Source: Chitinophagales bacterium (lineage in GTDB: Bacteria; Bacteroidota; Bacteroidia; Chitinophagales; CAIOSU01). From it: a DNA stretch of 53,612 bases. The notes below the pieces were generated by a model. The model searched no databases. It saw nothing but the letters and a program-made list of their open reading frames with translations, and was not told where the DNA came from. Where the stretch lies: assembly GCA_041748615.1 (NCBI GenBank), contig JBGTCY010000290.1:1-53612 (forward strand). The letters run 5' to 3'. Shown one piece after another: positions 10,158-17,851 of this stretch; position 1 is the stretch's first letter, and each line of letters starts with the position of its first letter. A program made the translations under genes and the position numbers.

Positions 10158-10571
10158 TTGATATAGTTGACTGGTGAAAATAACCTATTTCCTTTCACCT
10201 TTGTTACCTGTTTTTAGTTTCAATCCATGTCATCCAATTCCAATCCCGCCTATTCATTTGTTATTTAATAACCGCAAGCTCATTGCTGATTGCGTACTTT
10301 GCATATTAGCCTGCACGACAGCCAGTGTCATCCTCAAATTAGTAAACTTGTCCTTCAGCGAGAACCCTTTGACTTAAAACTTTGTCCTACACCAGTTGAA
10401 AACCTGCTTGGAATTCTTCATCATTGAAAGGATTAAATTTGAAGAAACACTATAGATTGAGTCAATGAAAATTTCATATTATCTTAATTACTTTCGTGTA
10501 AAAAGTAAGTTTTGCGGCAACTGTTATGATGACCTGAGCGAGATAATCCTTGAGCAAAAAATATCTTTTTC

Positions 10572-11840
10572 ATGATGAATCGACTGTCTGATTTCCTTCA
10601 CCAAAATATTGTAATCCGTGTGCCGGTATGGATTTTTTTGCTGTTGCCGCTTGCCGCTTACTTAGCTTGGGAAATTTACTGGTATTCCAGAGTTGGATTG
10701 CGTTTTATAAAATGGCACACACATTTAATGCTATTTGCTTATATATGGATGGCCGGAATGTTGGTTTTGCGTATTTTATCCGAAAAAAAAAGAGAAGATT
10801 ATTTTAAAAAAATTGCTTTGAGTTTCAATGCTCTCATTTTCACTTTTTTCCTGCTGGAAGTCACTCTTTTAATAACCGGAATCAATAAAACCTATTTAGA
10901 AAAGGTAGATAGTTTTTATACCAGTCCCTATCAAGCCTTGCAAAGCAGCTATTACCATACATGGCGAACTAACAAACAAAGGTGTCTTATCAAACCGGAA
11001 TATCATTATTGTGCACTTTCGAATTCGTTGGGATTTGTTGATGAAGAGTGGAAGGTTAATAAAAAACCCGGAGAAAAAACGATAATAGCGCTTGGAGATT
11101 CATTTACCGAAGGCGATGGCGCGCCTTACGATTCCAGCTATGTTGCTTTGCTCAGGGAAAAATTAAACTCCCGAAACGATTCATTTTATGTGATGAATGC
11201 AGGTATTTGCGGCAGTGACCCTTTTAACAATTTTGTAATACTGAGAGACTTGCTGATGGTTTATGAGCCTGACTATGTCATTCAGGTTTTATCTTCTCAT
11301 GACCTCATAACTGACATTATATTGCGTGGAGGCATGGAGCGTTTTCGAGAAGACGGAACTGTAAAACACTACTCAGCCCCCTGGTGGGAGCCAGTTTATG
11401 CCATCAGCTATAGTAGCCGAATCTTTTTTAATGCAGCAGGCTATGATGAATTACTCCGGAGAGGGGAGATTACGAATGAAGAAGAAGCGAAACTGAATGA
11501 ACAGGTTATTGAATTATTTAGAATGTATGCCAGGTTTTGCAGAGAGAACAATATCAAGTTATTTGTTTCTTTGAGACCTGACAAATTTGAAATTGAGAGC
11601 AACAACTATTCGTTTGATTTTTCATTAATACAAAATGAACTCATGAAAAATGAAAATATTATATACTTTGATTTATTGCCGGATTATTTAGAATACATTG
11701 AACAAAGAAAAACACAACCTGCTGATTATTTTTGGGTGCATGATGGGCATCATAACTCAAATGGATACCAAATGATGGCGGATGCGATTTTTGATAATAT
11801 CCGCCCCTATCTGAATGATTCAACAATATCTGAATTTTAA
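10572..11840 (+). CDS. SGNH/GDSL-fold protein (paralog 5, closest to paralog 1)
   Basis: IALGDSFTEGDGAPYDSSYV (matches paralog 1 except the first residue), NAGICGSDP, DGHHN; same WHTHL N-terminal TM domain. Confidence 0.88.
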   Translation: MMNRLSDFLHQNIVIRVPVWIFLLLPLAAYLAWEIYWYSRVGLRFIKWHTHLMLFAYIWMAGMLVLRILSEKKREDYFKKIALSFNALIFTFFLLEVTLLITGINKTYLEKVDSFYTSPYQALQSSYYHTWRTNKQRCLIKPEYHYCALSNSLGFVDEEWKVNKKPGEKTIIALGDSFTEGDGAPYDSSYVALLREKLNSRNDSFYVMNAGICGSDPFNNFVILRDLLMVYEPDYVIQVLSSHDLITDIILRGGMERFREDGTVKHYSAPWWEPVYAISYSSRIFFNAAGYDELLRRGEITNEEEAKLNEQVIELFRMYARFCRENNIKLFVSLRPDKFEIESNNYSFDFSLIQNELMKNENIIYFDLLPDYLEYIEQRKTQPADYFWVHDGHHNSNGYQMMADAIFDNIRPYLNDSTISEF

Positions 11841-11881
11841 TTCTGGTATTTTTCATTTACCCAAGTCAACTAATTTGTACT

Positions 11882-12946
11882 ATGAAAAAAAATCTCCTGC
11901 TATTTTCCGGGTCGCTGATTCTCGGTTTTTTAATAGCGGAATCCGTTTTCAGATATAAGGGTGATTATCAGACATATCTTGAAAGGACAGGTGCGGGAAA
12001 CTACACATCGCCATTCCAAGAACATAACAGGGGATGGGCACATACCTACCAGCCGCACTATGAGCAATATCTGGCGCGCGAAGAATTTACCGATTCTTGG
12101 ACAGCCAATGAAGATGGATTGAAAGACGTTAATATCGCTGATGTCAAAACAGGTAAACGTATTTTTGTTTTAGGCGACAGTTTTACGGAAGGAGTGGGTG
12201 CCCCGCCCGACAGTTCACATCCCCGCATATTGGAAACCTTATTCAGGTTGCATGGCGATTCTTCGCTTCAGGTCATTAATGGCGGACTTGGAGGGTCAGA
12301 TGTATTTTTTGCCTATCAATTAATGAAAAAATATTTTTCCAAATACGAGCCGGATATGGTGATATTGACTATCAATTCTTCTGATATAGCTGATTGTCTG
12401 GCAAGAGGAGGGTTTGAGAGATTCAGGAGAGATGATGTTGTTCAATACAGGAAACCGCCCTGGTTTGAACCGATTTATGCCCGCAGCATGTTTGCACGCA
12501 TGATCGCGCATGAGATATTCGAATATGATTATCTATTTATTCGAAAAAAAGATTTGCCTCAAAAATATGAAGAGGCGTTTCATCTGATCAAATTGGCTAT
12601 TGACAGTTTCAAGGTATTTAGTAAAAACAAACAACTGCAATTTGCGATTGTAATCCATCCCTTTTGCTCAGAGTTTCAATATCCGGAAACTTATCTGTTA
12701 GCTTCCTTGTCCGGTTACATTCGAAATAGCGGAATACCATACCTCGATGTTTTTCATTGCATGAATATGCATTCCATGGATAGCGCCAATTGCCATCAAT
12801 ATTATTGGGAAAAAGATGGTCACTATAATTCAAGAGGATATGAAATAATGGCTCGATGTGTTTTTGAATTTATTCAGAAAGAAAACAGGGTAGAAAATAC
12901 TTTTCATACACCCCATCCGCCACAAGCTGATTCCCTTTTTGATTGA
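11882..12946 (+). CDS. SGNH/GDSL-fold protein (paralog 6)
   Basis: Single N-terminal TM; VLGDSFTEG, NGGLGGSD, RGGFERF...PWFEP, DGHYN. Confidence 0.85.
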   Translation: MKKNLLLFSGSLILGFLIAESVFRYKGDYQTYLERTGAGNYTSPFQEHNRGWAHTYQPHYEQYLAREEFTDSWTANEDGLKDVNIADVKTGKRIFVLGDSFTEGVGAPPDSSHPRILETLFRLHGDSSLQVINGGLGGSDVFFAYQLMKKYFSKYEPDMVILTINSSDIADCLARGGFERFRRDDVVQYRKPPWFEPIYARSMFARMIAHEIFEYDYLFIRKKDLPQKYEEAFHLIKLAIDSFKVFSKNKQLQFAIVIHPFCSEFQYPETYLLASLSGYIRNSGIPYLDVFHCMNMHSMDSANCHQYYWEKDGHYNSRGYEIMARCVFEFIQKENRVENTFHTPHPPQADSLFD

Positions 12947-14093
12947 AATGCAAATCAAGGGTCCAGTAATAATTTCCAATAGAGTCGCCTCTTTCGGCAA
13001 TAATCTCAGCCATGTAATCCGTCAATGAAATCATACGGATATCAGTGCTGACGGGGATATCCTCAAGCGGTGATTTTCCGGAAATAAGTTCATAATGCAT
13101 CGGTTGCAGCGCTAATAAAAATTCAAATCCCTTTTCAGATGATAATTTGTAATAGTCTTCAATTTTCCGGCTGATTTTATCTAAGGCTTTTTGTGTTTCC
13201 AATGCCTCTATTTCCGGGTTCATCAGATTGAATTCTATCTGGAATACAGCTTTAGCAAATAAGCGTACTAAGTAACTGCTCCCGTAAAAAAAATCCCACC
13301 GGGGTCCTGCTTTTGCAACAAGCTTTCCTTTGTCGTTCCACCTTTCCTCACCACCCGCCCCCATGACCTCAAAAATGTCTGACGAATTGAGCTGTAGAAT
13401 AACCAAATCCGGTTGAAATTGAATTAAACATTTTTCCAGCAATTCATAACTGAAGAAAAGGTCGCTTCCTGACTTTCCGGCATTGATGGTAGTGAAGTGC
13501 ATACTGTCGGTTGCAGCATTCAGACGATTTTCCAACAATCGGAGCCAGGTGGAATCCTGATGTGCGCCAACACCCTCCATAAAGGAATCGCCCAAGCCGA
13601 GAATGCGGTATTCTCCTTCAGCTTTTTGCAGGGGAATATCCCGCTCCCGCAATCCGTAAGCGTTGTATTGATGCAGGAAATTGAATTCAGGCCTGTTCAG
13701 GTAATCGGAATCATGGGGAGGCGAGACGAAAAAATGACCGTTATCGCAAGCCGACAGCAGGGGGAGTTCCTGCTTCCCGTAGGGCGATGAGTAGAAAAAA
13801 CTCCCGTTGCGTTCCATGTAGGAAGCTAAATCAGCTCTGACCACTCTGATAATCATTTCTCCGGCAAGCAGCACAAAGACTAAGGAAACCAATGCCGTGT
13901 GAAAATTGGAAAATTGATTTTCCCGCAAGATATTTTTCTGCAATAAAAGCGATAAGAAAAATCTGCCCGTAAAATACAAAGTCAATAAAAGCGCAATGAA
14001 GCCCAATGGTGAAGTGGTTTTAAATATCAACCACAGACTGGCAACAAAAATGAATAAGAGCACAATTGGAATAAAAATCAGCCTTCGAAGCAT
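12870..14093 (-). CDS. SGNH/GDSL-fold protein (paralog 7)
   Basis: N-terminal TMs; GLGDSFMEG, NAGKSGSD, DLHFN. Confidence 0.85.
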   Translation of the reverse strand: MLRRLIFIPIVLLFIFVASLWLIFKTTSPLGFIALLLTLYFTGRFFLSLLLQKNILRENQFSNFHTALVSLVFVLLAGEMIIRVVRADLASYMERNGSFFYSSPYGKQELPLLSACDNGHFFVSPPHDSDYLNRPEFNFLHQYNAYGLRERDIPLQKAEGEYRILGLGDSFMEGVGAHQDSTWLRLLENRLNAATDSMHFTTINAGKSGSDLFFSYELLEKCLIQFQPDLVILQLNSSDIFEVMGAGGEERWNDKGKLVAKAGPRWDFFYGSSYLVRLFAKAVFQIEFNLMNPEIEALETQKALDKISRKIEDYYKLSSEKGFEFLLALQPMHYELISGKSPLEDIPVSTDIRMISLTDYMAEIIAERGDSIGNYYWTLDLHFNQKGNQLVADGVYEKYFLPCFLSE

Positions 14094-14119
14094 GGATTTG
14101 TGTTTGTTATTTTGCCCTT

Positions 14120-14224
14120 GCCGGTCTAAGCGTTAGTATAGTGCGTTTGAAAGACCGGCAAGCGGGATGCCGTTCCTCTCGGTGGTCGGTCTGTCAATCG
14201 CTCGCAGGCATCACTTAGACCGAC
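14120..14224. repeat. Inverted doublet of a 40-bp palindromic element
   Basis: 14120-14159 (+) and 14185-14224 (-) match at 27 of 40 positions; each copy is itself a hairpin. Confidence 0.7.
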
Positions 14225-14235
14225 AACGGCTATTA

Positions 14236-15489
14236 TCAACCGGCATACTGAGGCACCACGTCAGCGGGGCAATATTTTTCAATCTCGCGGTAAAATTCAG
14301 GAAACACCTCCGCGAAATTTTCCTGGCGGTATTTATCATGCCGGGCGAGGTGACGGAAAAATTCACCGAAATCGCGTTCATCGTGGGCGTTGAGGAAGGA
14401 AATCAGGTTTTCAATGGTTTTCGTTCTGCGCTCTTCCATTTGGTAAGTCGTTTTCACATAATTTTTCAATCGCTCGGCAATCAAATCTTTCACCTCATGC
14501 GGCAGGAGGGAAATAGACAGTTCCCAGGGTTGGTAAACTAAATTCCAAAACACCGATAGTCCCGGAAAATGTTCGTTGAAAAATTCAAAATATTCCGGGA
14601 AATAATAAATATTCATACTCGTGACCGAGCAGCAGATTTTGCATTGAATCTGGTCGCTGCCCGAGTAACCGCCATGTTTCACAAATTTCTTCAGATTCTC
14701 CACCACCTGCTCCCAGTTAGCGCCACTGCGCTGATATTCAAAACGCTTTCCGATGTCGTCAATGCTGAAATTCAGATACACGTTTTTGAATTGCTTGAAA
14801 AGCTGAATCAACTCATCGGTATAAAAAGTAGTGTTGGTGTTAATCAGCAATGAAATATGTTTGGCGTGACCGGTCTTGACGCAATAGCGCATCAATTCGA
14901 TATTTTCTTCGCTCATCAGCGGCTCACCTCCGAAGAATCCGATTTGCGAGAAATGCGGCACCCATGAGCGGATTATCCGCTGGTTTTCAGGCGTCATGTT
15001 CAAGTGTACCTCGCCTTCTATGCCATACACTTCTTTGGCTTCCTTTATCCAGCGCGAAGAAGCGTGTGACCAGCAGATTCTGCATCGCAGATTGCAAATA
15101 TTGCTCGCGTTGATTTCCACGCGCATGGGTGTTTCAGGATTTTCCACCTGACTTTCCGGAATATCGTATCCGTAAGAATCGTAGCGCATCGGCTTCAGTC
15201 CCATCGCCTGTTCTTTCCAGCATTGAACACAGCCTTTGTGACGCACGTTGTTTTTGAAATTATCACGGAGGGTGCGCATGTACTCCGAATTCCAGGCGTC
15301 TTCAATCGTGTATTTGTCAGCCGTGATTTCTTTGCCGTTTTCCGTCATGAACCCGGTATGGTGGCTGCACGGCATATATTTTCCGTCAGCTGAGAGTAGC
15401 ACCTGAAAAAAAGGGTAGTAACAGAAATCCGTTTTGTCGGGGTCACGTTTGGGGGCAGGCGCTTTCTTTTTGAAAAATTTTGCAAGCAT
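14236..15489 (-). CDS. Radical SAM protein with N-terminal twitch/SPASM-like Cys domain (second copy)
   Basis: CNLRCRIC, FFGGEPL, INTN; N-terminal FC-x18-CS...CVQC. Confidence 0.9.
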   Translation of the reverse strand: MLAKFFKKKAPAPKRDPDKTDFCYYPFFQVLLSADGKYMPCSHHTGFMTENGKEITADKYTIEDAWNSEYMRTLRDNFKNNVRHKGCVQCWKEQAMGLKPMRYDSYGYDIPESQVENPETPMRVEINASNICNLRCRICWSHASSRWIKEAKEVYGIEGEVHLNMTPENQRIIRSWVPHFSQIGFFGGEPLMSEENIELMRYCVKTGHAKHISLLINTNTTFYTDELIQLFKQFKNVYLNFSIDDIGKRFEYQRSGANWEQVVENLKKFVKHGGYSGSDQIQCKICCSVTSMNIYYFPEYFEFFNEHFPGLSVFWNLVYQPWELSISLLPHEVKDLIAERLKNYVKTTYQMEERRTKTIENLISFLNAHDERDFGEFFRHLARHDKYRQENFAEVFPEFYREIEKYCPADVVPQYAG

Positions 15490-15514
15490 AACGGATAAGA
15501 ATTTTCCTTACACA

Positions 15515-15533
15515 CAAATATATGGTAAATTGG
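15515..15533. promoter_or_regulatory. Divergent promoter pair
   Basis: TATATTTG on the - strand (15515-15522) before the radical SAM gene; near-match TAAATTGG on the + strand (15526-15533) before the SGNH gene. Confidence 0.45.
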
Positions 15534-15568
15534 AAGCTAAATCAGGCAAATGCGCTAAACAGACTGGG

Positions 15569-16861
15569 ATGAAACTACCTGCATGGCTTAATCAAACTGT
15601 TGTCTTACAAATCAATATTACTATTTGGAAAATAGTGCTTGCCCTGTTATTGCTGATCTATGGCGCTTACGTGGCATGGGAAATTTATTGGTACCGGCAA
15701 GTCGGGTTGTATTTTATCAAGTGGCATACACATATTGTTTTTACCACACTGCTTTGTTTCCTGCTATGGCTTCCGTTTCTTTTATTCCATAAAATATTTC
15801 GCGTTGCATTTACCAAAAACCTGTTATTAAGCACAGGTACGGTTGCATTACTGCTGGTATTGTTTGAAATATTCCTTGTAATTACAGGAATGAATAAAAA
15901 TTATATGGAGCAAAGAAGCGGATACTATCAATCGCCTTACGATCAAAACATGGGCAACTATTACAATATCCGACAGCCGCAGAAAGAGTATTTGCTTGAA
16001 AGCGGGGAATTCTCATTTACGAGGGTTACCAATTCGCTTGGCTACAGCGATGGTGAATGGAAACTGGAAAAAGACACAAACGTAATTCGCATCGCGGCAT
16101 TGGGCGATTCATTTACCGAAGGGGATGGCGCGCCTGCCGATTCGGCTTATCCGGTTGTTTTAAGCAGGTTGTTAAATGAATTGGCTTACAAGGTTGAAGT
16201 ATTCAATGCGGGTATCAGCGGCAGCGACCCGTTTTTCGGGTATAAAAATTTTACGGACATCATCTTGCCCTATCAACCCGATATTGTGCTGCAGACGGTT
16301 TCCAGCGATGACATGCTGTATGATATCTCGTTAAGAGGCGGCTTCGAGCGGTTCGGGAATGACTCGCTGTTGCAGTTGAAAAAAGCCCCGTGGTGGGAGC
16401 CGGTGGCTGCAGCAAGTTATCTATTCAGAGCATTAATGAAAATTGCCGGATTGGATATTGACAACCCCGGTGGAGGCGTGAAGAATAAGCAGCATGTTGC
16501 AAAATTGAATGAACAACTGCAAAATCTCATCATAAAATATGACAGCGTTGCTGCATTCAACAACGTGAAGGTTATTTGGCTCATCAAGCCTCTCAAGCAT
16601 GAATTCAAAGGCGGACAATATGTTTTCGATTATACCGATGTAAATTCAGTATTTCCTGAATTAAAAAATACCATCGTGTTCGACTTGCTGCCATGTTATC
16701 TGCAACATGCTTCCCCATCATCGCAAACTTACTCAGATTTTTACTGGATAATTGACGGGCATCATAATTCGCAAGGCTATCATCTCATGGCGCAATGTAT
16801 TGCGCCCGTTGTGGCTGGGAATATAAAAAACCGAAAAGCGGCAAATGCGTTATCAGACTAA
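15569..16861 (+). CDS. SGNH/GDSL-fold protein (paralog 8, long N-terminal TM type)
   Basis: ALGDSFTEGDGAP, NAGISGSDP, RGGFERF...PWWEP, DGHHN. Start moved from 15434 to 15569 to match paralogs 1 and 5 and avoid overlapping the divergent gene. Confidence 0.85.
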   Translation: MKLPAWLNQTVVLQINITIWKIVLALLLLIYGAYVAWEIYWYRQVGLYFIKWHTHIVFTTLLCFLLWLPFLLFHKIFRVAFTKNLLLSTGTVALLLVLFEIFLVITGMNKNYMEQRSGYYQSPYDQNMGNYYNIRQPQKEYLLESGEFSFTRVTNSLGYSDGEWKLEKDTNVIRIAALGDSFTEGDGAPADSAYPVVLSRLLNELAYKVEVFNAGISGSDPFFGYKNFTDIILPYQPDIVLQTVSSDDMLYDISLRGGFERFGNDSLLQLKKAPWWEPVAAASYLFRALMKIAGLDIDNPGGGVKNKQHVAKLNEQLQNLIIKYDSVAAFNNVKVIWLIKPLKHEFKGGQYVFDYTDVNSVFPELKNTIVFDLLPCYLQHASPSSQTYSDFYWIIDGHHNSQGYHLMAQCIAPVVAGNIKNRKAANALSD

Positions 16862-16917
16862 AACACTATTTTCAATTTCCAATTATCAAACCGATTGAGA
16901 AAGGAACTTTTTAATAC

Positions 16918-17844
16918 ATGCGTCACCATTTTTGTACGATTACCACTTTAAGCCATTTTTATAAGGTTTATACCTTGTTTGATTCTATACTGGCAGTTGA
17001 CAGTTCCACTCATTTACACGTCCTGATTTCAGACGCTGATGATACAGCATTAATTAATAAATATAGTAAATCAGGAATGAAAATATACCTAAAAAAAGAT
17101 ATAAAAGGAGAATTGACTTCAAAAATGATTCGAAAATATATTGGAAGCCGGGACAAACTGCGCTGGACATTAAAACCTCTATTTTTAAAATATTTATTAT
17201 CGGATTTAAAAATAGAAAAAGTAATTTATGTAGATAATGATATTGCTTTTTTTGGCGATTTTGAATTTTTATTTGATTATTTAGATGAATATAACATCCT
17301 GCTGACACCTCATAATTATTACCGAAATCCTGATGCGCATCAAAACTGGCTCGAAGCAAATTTTAAAGTTGGCCTATATAATGCAGGGTTTTTAGGCGTT
17401 AATATAAATGCTTGCAATACCCTGGAATGGTGGGCTAAGTGCTGCCTGTATCGGTGTGAGAAAAGCCCGATGAGGGGCTTGTTTGACGACCAAAAATACC
17501 TGGATTTATTTCCGGTGATTGAAAATAGAACATTAATCGTACCGCATAAGGGGTGTAATCTTGCTGACTGGAACGAAGAAATATGCAAACGTGAAATGCA
17601 TGGCGACAGGGTTCTTATCAACGGAAAGTATCCCGTAGTTTTTATCCATTTCAATAACACCACTGTCAGAACATTTTTGCAATATCCTGATAATTTACTG
17701 AATCCCTATTTTGAATTATACTTATCTTACCTGCGTAAGTATAAGCCGGAAATTAAGATAGAAAATGAAAGCTATAAGCCTACCATTATTGAAAACATTA
17801 AATTATTTATTTGGAATCATCTTAACAGGATGAATAACATGTAA
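16918..17844 (+). CDS. Glycosyltransferase, GT8-like GT-A fold
   Basis: IYVDNDI (DxD), YNAGF, FDDQKYLD, CNLADWN, FIHF. Confidence 0.75.
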   Translation: MRHHFCTITTLSHFYKVYTLFDSILAVDSSTHLHVLISDADDTALINKYSKSGMKIYLKKDIKGELTSKMIRKYIGSRDKLRWTLKPLFLKYLLSDLKIEKVIYVDNDIAFFGDFEFLFDYLDEYNILLTPHNYYRNPDAHQNWLEANFKVGLYNAGFLGVNINACNTLEWWAKCCLYRCEKSPMRGLFDDQKYLDLFPVIENRTLIVPHKGCNLADWNEEICKREMHGDRVLINGKYPVVFIHFNNTTVRTFLQYPDNLLNPYFELYLSYLRKYKPEIKIENESYKPTIIENIKLFIWNHLNRMNNM

Positions 17845-17851
17845 AGACGGC

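Noticed and set aside
10158-10571. Possible decayed ORF on the - strand (FNPFNDEEFQAGFQLV*DKVLSQRVLAEGQVY*...) and the + strand 67-aa ORF at 10174
   Set aside because: It looks protein-like but has several stops and matches nothing I recognise; tBLASTx would be needed before calling a pseudogene.
10783-10791. A9 run in SGNH paralog 5 and similar A/T runs
   Set aside because: Explained by Lys/Glu/Phe codons in AT-rich genes; weak evidence for phase variation.
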